64,000 bases of DNA from Ginglymostoma cirratum (Eukaryota), in NCBI GenBank assembly GCA_024137785.1, contig JAHRHZ010000215.1, positions 740,309 through 804,308 of the forward strand. The letters run 5' to 3'. Positions 52,401-60,161 of the stretch are shown here, in pieces (within the stretch, counting starts at the first letter, position 1; every line of letters starts with the position of its first letter). A program made the translations under genes and the position numbers. The notes beneath the pieces are model-generated. The model was not told the DNA's origin, made no database searches, and saw nothing but the letters and a program-made list of their open reading frames with translations.

Positions 52401-55400
52401 CCCAGAGGGTGGTGTGAATGCAGAATTCTACACACTGGGGATGAATGAGGTGACCATAGCTGATTATATCAGAGAGGAAGCGAAGATAAAGTTCCAAAGA
52501 ACTGTATAGAACTGAAATTACAGAAACAAGCTATTCAATCCAACTAGTCTATGACAACATGTATGTTTCTTTGAGGTTCTATCATGCTTCATCTCATCTC
52601 ATACTACCAGAAGAACATTGCACACCCTTCTGTCAAATGCTTATCTTGTTTCACCTTAACTGCATACGTACAATTCAGATGCACTATTTCCTGCCATAGC
52701 AAGTTCTACATTCTCAATACTCACTGGGGAGAGTAATCGATTCTTGATTCTTTGCATGCTTGGGTGAGACAAAGTAAAGTACTTTATGTCAAGGAGATAT
52801 CGATGTACAAAGTCCTAGTGAGACCACACTTGCCGTACTGTGCTCGGTTCTTAAAAATCACGCCTTGGTAAAGGTAAATTGGCTTTGGAGGAAGTACAGC
52901 AAAGGTTTATCAGCAGAGAGACTGCGAAGGGCCAAATTAAGAAGATAATGTTGCGATGACACTATTGTTTTAAGACATGCATTTTTTCCTGGTTTTGTGT
53001 TTTGGAGAGGTTTTAAGACAGAGGTGCAGAGCCAATAAAGTAAATAACTTGTGAGGCCTTGGGCACTTTTTTTTAAAAAAGTTGGAACAAAAGCAGCAGC
53101 CTGAATGGGTGGCCTCAAGTTCCCCCAGGGCCATGACTTTTAGTTTTAGTTTTAGTTTTAGTTTTTCAGTAGCAGTTGCTGCTGGGGTTTTGAAGCTAGA
53201 GGTGGAAGCTGCTCCTCCTCTCTGTTACAGCTAAAAGCTGGGGTTCTCTTCCTGCTGCTAGAAATGCATGTGAGACAATCTATTTTACTGAATTTGCGTT
53301 TGCCAAGAGTGTATTTATGGGATGTTACTATATTGGAACAGCTGTTTAGTAGTTAAATAATCTATTATTCTGTCAAGTTTTCCAATAGAGTTAAGTTAGT
53401 CCAATTTGTTGTTCTTTTAAAAATCAAAAGAACCACGAATGCTGTAAATCAGAAATAAAAACAAATTGGTAGAAAAGCTCAGCAGGTCTGGAATTTATGT
53501 GTGGAGAGAAATCGGAGTTAACGTTTTGTATTGAGAGACCTTTCCTCAGAATATTTCGCTTGACCTGAAGTGTTAACTCTGATTTCTCCACTCATGCTGC
53601 CAGACCTGCTGATCTTTTCCAGCAATTTCTGTTTTTTATTTCTTCTACGAATAAAGTATGTTTTGCTTCAAGTCTGGTAGTTTGACCAATCGAATTGCAT
53701 CCGGAACACAAAGTTCGGCACTTGCCTTTAAAATAGGAGAAACTTAGGATCTAGGCAATCTTAAATATATTTTGAAGGGGTTTTGTCTGGTCAATGACAA
53801 TGTACGTAAACTACGGCTGCATTACTGGAACTGAGAAGGTTGTGATATTTTCAAGACATTTAAGTAATTGTTTGGTGGTACAAAACTTGCGGCGTATTGC
53901 TGAATAAAAGAGCTTGTTGAAGCTTTTAATGTTGCATTCATCAGGGCATTTTGCAAGAATACAAAATCAGGTGGAAACCGACATTTATACCAGGGTGTTG
54001 CAGAGAGAATGGTCTCTTCAGAATATAGGGAGGGGAAAACGTCTTTGACACCCTGATTCTGAAAGTGGCAGAAAATGACCCTTTAAATATGGAAGCTGGT
54101 GGGAAGCGGCAAACCCCCACTCCCCCATCACAATCATGGGAGGGAGGGGAAGGAGTGAGGACAGAAGTGTGGAGTATAGGCTGGATAAAGACCTGTCCTT
54201 GGTTGAGGAACAAGGAAAACATTTCAGGAATGCTGTTGTGAAGGTGCCATCTTCAGAACAGATGCACCAGAAATGGAGGAGTCAGGCAAATGGGAAGGTG
54301 TCCTTCCAGAAAGCAGGCAGTCTTATCAAGGTAGCTGTTAATAGACTTCTAACAAATATTAATAGATAATCTATTCCCAGAAACAGAGACAGAGAAATCA
54401 AGGAACTGAAAGGAGGAATTAGAGATGGGTTAAGGAGAATGTGGAAGCAAGACTGATTTATTTTCTTTTCAGTTCAGAACCAAAACAGGAAACGGCATCA
54501 ATACAGGTGTCACCATACAGGAACAGTTGTAGGAGGATGTCTGAGGAGAACTGGAATGAGGAATGTTTTCCACACCCCACAAAGGCAGGTGTAACAAGGG
54601 TTCGTGTGAATACCCATAGTCACCCCTCTCACTTTGTGAAAATGAGAGGAGCGAAAGGTGAAATTGTTCAATGAGAAAATCACCTTCAACAGGAGAAGAG
54701 TGGCAGTGCATGAGAACTGTTTGGGCCACCATGTCAGGAAAAAGAATGCGGTCCTCAGACTGTCCTGGAGGGGCACTGGGGTGTATGGAGGTATAATGAT
54801 CATAGTGGAGAGGTGGTGGTTAGGACCAGGAAACTGAGAATTGTTGAAGTGATGTAGGGCATCAGATGAATCTCAAATGTGTGGGAAGAGACTGAACAAG
54901 GGAGTCAAAAAAAGTTAAGTCAAAACAGTAAGAAATAGAAACAGAAATTGTTGGAAAAGCTCAGCAGGTCTGGCAGCATCTGTGGAGGGAAATCAGAGTT
55001 AATGTTTCGGGCCAAGTGACCCTTCCTCAGAAAGGATGGTAGCTAGGAAAATGTTGGTTTATATGCAGAAGACAGGGTGGGGGGAGGGGGTACAGAGTAA
55101 ATGATACGTCGGGGTATAGCCCAAAGACACAGAAAAACAGTTGGGATGGACAAAGTAGTGGATAACGATCTGGCTAGGAGGGGGAATAGCTATTAATGGG
55201 GATTAATGTTATTAGTCTAATGCTGGTGAAAATCCATTAATGGGGACTGGTAAGAAATAGGTTCAATGGGGCTGAAACAGGATGTGGCTACAAAGCAGGT
55301 TGTAGGCTGGATATCCTGCAGTGAGTAACTCACATCCCTGAAGCTTGCCCACATCAAGGAACAGTTAGGATTGTGATTTTTAAAAATTAATTATTTGATG

Positions 55401-58400
55401 GAATGTGGGTACCACTGGCAAGGCCAATATTTGCTGCCCATTCCTAATTGCTCCTTGAACTGAGTGCTTGCTTAGTCATTTCAGAGGGCAGTTAAGTAGC
55501 CTTAATTTCAATTCCTTCAAATAAATATCTGGCTTTTTTTTTAAACCTCCTATGCAATCCGCCTCCACCATTCTCCCAGACAGCACATTCCAAATAATTA
55601 CAACTCGCAGTCAAGAAGTTTCTCCTCAATTCACTCTTGCTGATGATTTTAAAATTGTGACCCCTAGTTGCTGACATACCAACTAGTGGAAACAGAATAT
55701 TCTTCTTTACCCATGTCAAAATGTTCATAAGTTTGACCACCTCAATAAGGTCACCTCTTAATTGACTCTGCTGCAAGAAGAATAAGCCTAATTTCCCTAA
55801 TCTTTCCTTGTATCTAAAATCATGCACTCCTGGTATCAGAGATAACACGGTGTAGAGCTGGATGAACAAAGCAGGCCAAGCAGCATCAGAGGAGCAGCAA
55901 ATGGTCTGAAGAAGTGTCTCTACCCGAAACGTCAGCTTTCCTGATCCTCTGATGCTGCTTGGCCTGCTGTGTTCATCCAGCTCTACACCATGTTACCTCA
56001 GATTCTCCAGCATTGGCAGTTCCTACTATCTCACTCCTGGTATCATTCTGGTAAATCTGCTTTGCACTCTCTCCAGGGCTTTAATATCCTTCCTTAAATA
56101 AGGTGTTCAGAATTGAACATGAAACTGAACACTCCAAATGTGGTATGGCCAATGATTTGTGGGGGTGTAGCACCACTTCCTTGTTTTTATACTCTACGTC
56201 GCTATTAATAAACCCAAATTTCCTTAAGCCTCCTTCAACTTGCCTGGCCACCAATCATGTATATGAACTTCGAAGTCCCTCTGCTCCTGTACTCCCCTTA
56301 GAGTTGTACCACTGAACTGTGTTATCTCTGTGATTCTTCCACCAAAACGCATTCCTTCACAACTCTCTGCATTAAAATTCATTTGCCAGCTGTCTGCCTA
56401 TTTGGCCAGCTTGTCAATGTTTTTCAGCATCATCCACACAAGTCACTATTCTCCCTAGTTTAGCATCATCTGCAATTTTAGAGATTTTGCTCTCAACACC
56501 AACCTCCAAATCGTTTATATAATCACAAATAGCAACATCAGTCCCAACAGTGATCCCTGGGCACACCACTTTCAACTTGTCTTCAATCTGAAAAATGCCC
56601 ATCTGTACCTAGGCTCTGTTTCCTTTTAGCCAACTTCTAATCCATTAATCCGAAACATTTGTACTTTGCTAACCACTCTGCCAAACTGTGTCCAATGCTT
56701 TTCGAAAGTCCAAATATACAACATCCACAGCACTATCCTCATTCACTATCTGGGTCACCTCGTCAAAGAACTTAATTAAATCTGTCAGACATGACCCGCC
56801 TTGACAATGCCATGTTGAATGTCTAGTATTAACTTATTTTTCTCCAAGTGTGTATTTACTTTACCCCAAATTAGGGTCTCCATCAGATTTCCCACTATTG
56901 ATGTCAAGCTGACAGGTTCGTAGTTTCCTGGGTTATCCTTTGTCCCTTTCTTAAACAATGGTGTCACATTGGCAATCCTCCATTCTACTGGGACTAATCC
57001 TGTGTTCAGAGGGGACTGAAAAATTTCTGCCAGTGGCTCCACAATTTGCTCCATTAACTTAGTCACCAATATAGGATGCATCCCATGCAGCCTGCCAACT
57101 TCCCTACTTGGAGTGCTGCTTCCCTTTTCAGCACTTTTTCTTTATCTAATCGCTATTCTGCACAGTTGTTCAACACCCACGTTTTCAACTAGGCCATTGT
57201 CACTGTCTTCTAATTTGGTAATGACAGATGCAAAATATTCATTTAGTACCTTTGCAAAACCCATTGCTTCAATGAGCAGCTTATCTGCTTGTTCCTTGTG
57301 GGTCCAACTCAATCCTTCATTAATTTTTTTACTAATAATATTTTTGAAGAATATTTTACAACTTGTTTCAGTGCAGCCTGCCATTCTTTCCTCACGTTTC
57401 CTTATTTCAGATATAGCCTCCCTCCTCCACTTGAGATACCCTTCCCAATTTCTATACATCCAATTTATCTTCCTTTTAAAATTCTCATGTTTTTCAAACA
57501 CTGTTTTATCCACCAAAATGCACTTACGATCAATTTGCTCTAGTTCAACTTTTAGACTCTTAAAATCTGCCCTTTTCCGACCTGGGATCTTAATCATTGA
57601 CTGATTTTTATCGTTTTCAAACTTAATATTGAGCCTTATTATGTTACAATAACCTTCTCCCAAATGATGCCCCACTGTGATGTTTGCTGATTGGCCTGTC
57701 TTATTTCCGAGCACCAGATCCAGCACAGCCCCCTCTCTGGTAGGACTGGAAATGTACAGTTCCAGAAAGTTCTCCTGCACACGTTGCACAAAGTTCTCCC
57801 CTTCCGTGCCCTAAATTCAACCCTTTTCCCAGTGTACCTTAGGGTAACTGAAAACACCAACTATGACAACCCTACTTGTCCGGCAGATTTCCGTAATCTA
57901 CAAATGCTAAATTCTACTTTCTGCCCACTATTTGGAGTTCTGTAATAAATATCCAAAGTCACAGCTCCCTTCCTGTTTCTCACCTTCAACCATACAGATT
58001 CTAATTCTGAACTATATCTCATTCAAGGGCAATGATACTATCTTTGACCAAGAATGTTACAACTCCTCCATTTTAGCCACCCTGTTTCTACTAAAAGCCA
58101 TATAACCCAGGACGTTAAGTATCCAGACCCGTTCTGGCTTGAGCCATGTTTCTGTCAATACTATGAGGTTCTGGGGAAAGGGCAGGAAAATGGACATGAG
58201 GAGTGTCAGATCGGCCATGACCCTATTAAATAGCGCAGCTGGCTAAAGGGGCTGAAAGGCCTACTCCTGTTGCTATTTCTTATCGTCAAACGATGCTAAC
58301 GGATCCAGGCCAAAAGCAAGTGTATGGAGTTGATCACAGATTTGCTTAGATCTCACTGAATGGCAAAGCAAACCCAAAGAATTAAATTCCTGATTTCCTG

Positions 58401-60161
58401 ATGTGAGGAGAGACAAGTGTGCTACACTAAACTAGGACAGACGCTTTGGACCAAATGTTTCTAGGAAGTGAATTGTGTACTACATGGTGGTTCAGCTATT
58501 GCTGGTTGGGATGAAAAATAGCTTCAACAGAATGCCCCAGATAAGGCGCATCAGCCCATTAATCCCAGTCTTAGCAGAGTATGTGTGATGACCTCCCATT
58601 ATTAATCTCTACAGCTCTGTGTCAAACACATTGCCCAACAATCTCACTTTTTGTGGGTACTAAACAACTTACTCTTCTTAACAGGTCTACTGCCCCAGTA
58701 CTAACACTCCCCATCACAAAAGCTTGTCTATTACCCTACAGGGTTGGGAAAAGGGGCATTTTGCTTCAATCTTGAGAATGTTCTAAATACATTAGAAAGC
58801 TCTGTCCACATGTTCAAGATGACCTGAAGGAGCTGATGAGGGTAGTTGGAGAAATGATAGTCACCAAGGCGATTGCAGTGCTGGACAAAAGGCCTCAGCT
58901 TTAAAAAGCTGAGGTAGGCCTATGCAAGGTTGATGCCCAATGGAAACTTGGACCTCTCTCCCCACAAGGAATCACTGAGGCTAAAGGATCCACTGAATAA
59001 TTCAAAACCAACACTGTTCAACTTTTGTCAGCTGAAGTGTATTAAGAGCTATGGAGCCAGGGCCAGATGGAGTTAAGATACTGCTGAGCCACAGTTCAAC
59101 TGAATGAAGGAACAAACCTGAGTAGTTAGATGGTCTTCCTCCCGTCTCTATGCAAATAGCAAGCTCACTTCAGTCATACCTATCATCATTCTGAGGACCA
59201 CAAGAAACAGGAGCAGAAGTAGGCCATTTGGCCCATCGAGTCTGCTCTGCCATTCATCGAGATTGTGGCTGATCTGATCATTTGAGGTTCATTTTCTTGC
59301 CCTCTCTCTATAACCCTCACTTCCCTTAATGTTTAAAAATCTGACTATCTCAGCTATCAATATTTTAATGAACCAGCCTCAACAACCTTCTGCAGGTAAA
59401 AAATTCCACAGCCTCCTGACTCACAGAAGAAATTCCTCCTCGTCTGTCCTAATTGGGCCACCCTTTACTCTGAGATTATGTCCTCTGGTCCTAGGCTCTC
59501 CCCCAAGTGGAAAGAACTTCTCACATCCACCCTAAGTCCCCTAAAAATTTTAAGATGTTTTGATAAGGTTACCTCTCATTCTGCTAAACTGCAAGGCATA
59601 CAAGCCCAACTTACCCAATTTCTCCTCATAAGGCAGTTCCTCCGTACTGAGGATCAACCTCGTGAACCTCCTCTGGACTGCGTCTAATACCTTTCCTTAG
59701 AGAAGCGATTTTCGGTATTCTAGATGTGGTCTAACCAGTGCCTTGTCTACTTTTAACAAGATTTCCCTATTCCAAACTCAACTGCCTTTTGAGTGAAGGC
59801 TACGATGCCACTTTCCTTCCATATTAACCACTGAATTTTTTGCATGCTAGCTGTATGCAACTTACGCATGAAGACTCCAATAAATTTAGTAAATAAACAA
59901 CCAGCATAATTTATCCTTCCAGTATTTGCTCTACAATGAGACAAGGCTTTTCTAAAGAGTTACCTCCTTTGCCCAGGCTGGCTTGTCAGCTGGATTCACA
60001 TTTTTATTGTAATAGTACAACTGCTTCTTTTCCTGGGGTTGTTGTTGCTTTTGCTGCTGCTGCTGCTGCTGCAGTGACATGAGGAATGCATGCTCTTGCT
60101 GCAGTTGCCTCTGTAGCCGCTCAGACTGCCGCTGCTCCTCCAGCTGTTTCCGTTTGTATTC
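4373..60161 (-). CDS. MINK1: Misshapen-like kinase 1 (MAP4K6), partial multi-exon gene: 19 exons, about 861 aa, linker plus CNH domain; kinase domain outside window
   Basis: All 19 exons have GT-AG boundaries and compatible phases (2586 nt including stop). Peptides recalled as MINK1-type rather than TNIK/MAP4K4: [66 protein letters not shown]. Confidence 0.92.
4509..4695 (-). mobile_element. 3' half of an HE1-like V-SINE
   Basis: Reverse complement of the SINE tail seen at 4880-5050 and 27260-27435. Confidence 0.75.
4743..5050 (+). mobile_element. HE1-like tRNA-derived V-SINE
   Basis: Pol III A box (tggttagcac) and B box (ggttcaactcc), V-domain tgcgtgggtttcctccgggtgctccggttt...agtccaaagatgtgcagg, CR1-type tail. 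Confidence 0.88.
5205..5530 (-). mobile_element. CR1 LINE 3' fragment
   Basis: Resembles the CR1 ends at 43515-43870 and 26150-26500. Confidence 0.8.
6203..6342 (-). CDS. MINK1: MINK1 CNH exon (A)[46 protein letters not shown]
   Basis: 140 nt, cag acceptor and gtaac donor; inside ORF 6140..6358. Confidence 0.95.
6585..6855 (-). mobile_element. tRNA-derived SINE (MetaSINE-like central domain), degenerate
   Basis: cagatttcctttcctaaaggacattagtgaaccagatg core shared with 9300-9635 and 13775-14085. Confidence 0.7.
7767..7926 (-). CDS. MINK1: MINK1 CNH exon [53 protein letters not shown]
   Basis: 160 nt, tag acceptor, gtaagt donor. Confidence 0.95.
8397..8546 (-). CDS. MINK1: MINK1 CNH exon [50 protein letters not shown]
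   Basis: 150 nt, ttccag acceptor, gtgagt donor. Confidence 0.95.
9300..9635 (-). mobile_element. tRNA-derived SINE (MetaSINE-like), near full length
   Basis: Reverse complement of the 13775-14085 copy; B box ggttcgaatccc on the minus strand; tail shared with a LINE. Confidence 0.8.
10471..10571 (-). CDS. MINK1: MINK1 CNH exon (V)[33 protein letters not shown]
   Basis: 101 nt, ctacag acceptor, gtcagg donor; translated by hand. Confidence 0.95.
11260..11490 (+). mobile_element. CR1 LINE 3' end
   Basis: Encodes a [16 protein letters not shown]-like end of ORF2 followed by a CR1 tail. Confidence 0.75.
12062..12196 (-). CDS. MINK1: MINK1 CNH exon (G)[44 protein letters not shown]
   Basis: 135 nt, cag acceptor, gtaagt donor; translated by hand. 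Confidence 0.95.
12415..12660 (-). mobile_element. MetaSINE-like SINE fragment
   Basis: Same core and tail as 9300-9635. Confidence 0.7.
13070..13213 (-). CDS. MINK1: MINK1 CNH exon (G)[47 protein letters not shown]
   Basis: 144 nt, aag acceptor, gtgcgt donor; inside ORF 13062..13397. Confidence 0.95.
13530..13700 (-). mobile_element. Ancient DeuSINE-like (SacSINE1/AmnSINE-related) remnant
   Basis: tcatctgaaaaacgtacctctaacagtgcagcac resembles the recalled Deu domain; similar remnants near 37650-37920, 41515-41680 and 47160-47320. Confidence 0.5.
13775..14085 (+). mobile_element. tRNA-derived SINE (MetaSINE-like)
   Basis: A box tggcctagtg, B box ggtttaaatccc, central tcctttagggaaggaa...gcctacatgtgactccagac, tail gggcaataaatgctggcc. 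Confidence 0.82.
14295..16380 (-). mobile_element. Decayed CR1 LINE (3' tail, RT end and APE endonuclease fragment) interrupted by a non-CR1 insert at about 14784-15260
   Basis: ORF 15690..16049 has APE motifs (YRPP, GDFN, LDL, SD); ORF 14632..14853 has [12 protein letters not shown]...LELFSLE. Confidence 0.88.
17233..17350 (+). mobile_element. Short tRNA-derived SINE
   Basis: A-box and B-box-like motifs (gcacagtgg; ggctcaagtccc); taagacca repeated on both sides. Confidence 0.5.
17362..19500 (-). mobile_element. CR1 LINE (minus) split by an oppositely oriented CR1 at about 17760-18990
   Basis: The minus element stops at ctaaactccat and resumes near 18991 (ORF 18991..19257, [12 protein letters not shown]), collinear with the copy at 26880-27100. 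Confidence 0.85.
17760..18990 (+). mobile_element. CR1 LINE RT fragment with 3' tail
   Basis: [34 protein letters not shown] and FADDTK motifs spread over frameshifted ORFs. Confidence 0.9.
20958..21125 (-). CDS. MINK1: MINK1 exon at start of CNH: (G)[55 protein letters not shown]
   Basis: 168 nt, ttag acceptor, gtcagt donor; carries the family motif [21 protein letters not shown]. Confidence 0.95.
22197..22211 (-). promoter_or_regulatory. Candidate CTCF site with adjoining E-box
   Basis: ACCAGCAGGTGGCGC on the minus strand is a near-consensus CTCF core; CACGTG at 22192-22197. Confidence 0.5.
23163..23271 (-). CDS. MINK1: MINK1 exon [36 protein letters not shown]
   Basis: 109 nt, ttacag acceptor, gtgagt donor; phases fit both neighbours. 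Confidence 0.93.
24099..24305. mobile_element. Palindromic Penelope-derived mini-element with hammerhead-like core
   Basis: Arms of about 90 bp inverted around 24182-24187; degenerate flanking duplication at 24083-24098 and 24306-24321. Confidence 0.7.
24405..24950 (+). mobile_element. CR1 LINE 3' fragment
   Basis: Degenerate VQRRF...[13 protein letters not shown] region plus CR1 tail. Confidence 0.85.
25174..25317 (-). CDS. MINK1: MINK1 exon [48 protein letters not shown]
   Basis: 144 nt, aacag acceptor, gtaagt donor; NLPD..QSHSP family motif. Confidence 0.93.
25995..28010 (-). mobile_element. CR1 LINE (minus) carrying nested + CR1 (about 26035-26505) and HE1 SINE (about 27105-27437)
   Basis: [20 protein letters not shown] and KFADD motifs on the minus strand; the flanks of both inserts are collinear CR1. 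Confidence 0.85.
27105..27437 (+). mobile_element. HE1-like V-SINE
   Basis: gtagctcagtggttagcactgctgcctcacag head, B box ggttcaattcc, V-domain and ctatgattctatga tail. Confidence 0.9.
28010..28235. repeat. GA-rich compound microsatellite
   Basis: (GAAA)n, (GACA)n and (GGGA)n runs. Confidence 0.85.
29812..30105 (-). mobile_element. HE1-like V-SINE, internally deleted
   Basis: Reverse-complement head gcggtggttcagtggttgacactgctgcctctcagcgccagggacc plus tail. Confidence 0.85.
30543..31761 (+). mobile_element. 5'-truncated Penelope-like element: inverted pLTR arms around a GIY-YIG endonuclease fragment, 15-bp TSD
   Basis: Core encodes [12 protein letters not shown] and [13 protein letters not shown]...PVANHFNSP...[17 protein letters not shown]. 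Arms about 30578-30980 and 31338-31764 are inverted. TSD cagacattaaaaact at 30528-30542 and 31762-31776. Confidence 0.88.
31918..32044 (-). CDS. MINK1: MINK1 exon [42 protein letters not shown]
   Basis: 127 nt, ttcag acceptor, gtaggt donor; [14 protein letters not shown] motif. Confidence 0.93.
32240..33010 (-). mobile_element. MetaSINE-like SINE interrupted by a + strand CR1 3' end (about 32381-32795)
   Basis: SINE text breaks after ggatctggagtca and resumes at ccaggtaaggacagcagatttc; the insert ends in (ttctatg)n. Confidence 0.8.
33573..33748 (-). CDS. MINK1: MINK1 exon [58 protein letters not shown]
   Basis: 176 nt, aaag acceptor, gtgagt donor; DYSSSSE acidic motif of GCK-IV kinases. Confidence 0.93.
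34988..35011 (-). CDS. MINK1: MINK1 24-nt cassette microexon SYKRAIGE
   Basis: ttctcag acceptor, gttagt donor, phase 0-0; matches the 8-aa insert recalled from mammalian MINK1 isoforms (SYKKAIDE in TNIK/MAP4K4). Confidence 0.9.
36195..36565 (+). mobile_element. Penelope pLTR-derived fragment
   Basis: C-rich tract followed by ctgaagaaggatcccgacccaaaacatc and tgatgctgcctg...ccagcatctgcagttc, homologous to 31340-31764. Confidence 0.75.
38645..38742 (-). CDS. MINK1: MINK1 exon (T)[32 protein letters not shown]
   Basis: 98 nt, ccag acceptor, gtaagt donor; ends RPGRPA. Confidence 0.92.
39380..40170 (+). mobile_element. Nested CR1 > HE1 SINE (about 39660-40085) > CR1 tail (about 39735-39853, (GTTCTAT)n)
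   Basis: The SINE V-domain is split at tctcccc / gcgtgtttcctccgggtgctcc by a CR1 3' end. Confidence 0.75.
41164..41276 (-). CDS. MINK1: MINK1 exon (S)[37 protein letters not shown]
   Basis: 113 nt, tatag acceptor, gtaagt donor; SNPDLRR motif. Confidence 0.92.
41750..42460 (-). mobile_element. Old CR1 LINE 3' fragment
   Basis: Homologous to 59195-59870 and 17362-17760. Confidence 0.7.
43070..43440 (-). mobile_element. 3' fragment of the LINE that shares its tail with the MetaSINE-like family
   Basis: catttatt...ttgcccttgagaagg...gggagttccaggatt; similar pieces at 35575-35760, 51520-51700 and 63100-63365. Confidence 0.65.
43515..45250 (-). mobile_element. CR1 LINE, about 1.7 kb of ORF2 3' region
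   Basis: ORFs 43777..44091, 44719..44955 ([16 protein letters not shown]) and 44962..45288 ([10 protein letters not shown]). Confidence 0.92.
45686..45771 (-). CDS. MINK1: MINK1 exon [28 protein letters not shown]
   Basis: 86 nt, gaag acceptor, gtaata donor; completes the PPKVPQRT SH3-ligand-type motif across the junction. Confidence 0.92.
46345..46675 (-). mobile_element. MetaSINE-like SINE
   Basis: Full-length homology to 9300-9635. Confidence 0.8.
47520..47868 (-). mobile_element. MetaSINE-like SINE, older copy
   Basis: aaggacattagtgaaccagatgg core. Confidence 0.7.
49060..49565 (+). mobile_element. CR1 LINE 3' fragment
   Basis: Degenerate ORF2 end and tail. Confidence 0.75.
49658..49906 (-). 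CDS. MINK1: MINK1 exon [28 protein letters not shown]...RQNSDPTSE...EAPPK
   Basis: 249 nt, ttgcag acceptor, gtacaa donor; inside ORF 49646..49978. Confidence 0.92.
50435..50614 (-). CDS. MINK1: MINK1 exon [13 protein letters not shown]...[18 protein letters not shown]
   Basis: 180 nt, gtgaag acceptor, gtagtt donor. The acceptor side lies close to a gap and a probable assembly artefact. Confidence 0.9.
50706..51233. other. Assembly gap
   Basis: Run of N. Confidence 1.
52952..53799 (+). mobile_element. Solo LTR inserted in a CR1 fragment and containing a PLE-derived insert (about 53420-53640)
   Basis: TG...CA ends, 4-bp TSD atgt (52948-52951 and 53800-53803), imperfect terminal inverted repeats, AATAAA at 53650-53655; both flanks are CR1-like. 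Confidence 0.7.
54000..54930 (-). mobile_element. Decayed Penelope-like RT fragment
   Basis: ORF 54510..54803 has [29 protein letters not shown], resembling the PLE RT motif (LNNFSF...QTKGVAMG..MGPSYACL). Confidence 0.7.
54930..55200 (-). mobile_element. Penelope pLTR-derived fragment with hammerhead-like core
   Basis: Minus strand ctgaggaagggtcacttggcccgaaacatta at 55000-55030; same family as 40318-40410 and 62257-62443. Confidence 0.75.
55495..58170 (-). mobile_element. Long decayed CR1 ORF2 (APE to RT to 3' end)
   Basis: ORFs 57142..57789 ([20 protein letters not shown]), 56785..57081 ([22 protein letters not shown]) and 56414..56602 (YINDL, ADD). Confidence 0.92.
55839..56031 (+). mobile_element. 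Palindromic Penelope-derived mini-element (193 bp) with exact 14-bp TSD
   Basis: TSD cactcctggtatca at 55825-55838 and 56032-56045; inverted arms; hammerhead-like core at 55906-55933. Confidence 0.85.
59195..59870 (-). mobile_element. CR1 LINE 3' fragment
   Basis: Tail ggagcagaagtaggccatt and collinearity with the other minus-strand CR1 copies. Confidence 0.8.
59964..60161 (-). CDS. MINK1: MINK1 coiled-coil/polyQ exon [66 protein letters not shown]
   Basis: 198 nt, ttgtag acceptor, gtaact donor; translated by hand. Confidence 0.95.

Noticed and set aside
57142-57789. 215-aa ORF as a host gene or active LINE
   Set aside because: It is part of a frameshifted, decayed CR1 ORF2.
4373-60161. 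Assignment as TNIK or MAP4K4
   Set aside because: The linker exons and C-terminus match recalled MINK1-specific residues better. A phylogeny would confirm this.
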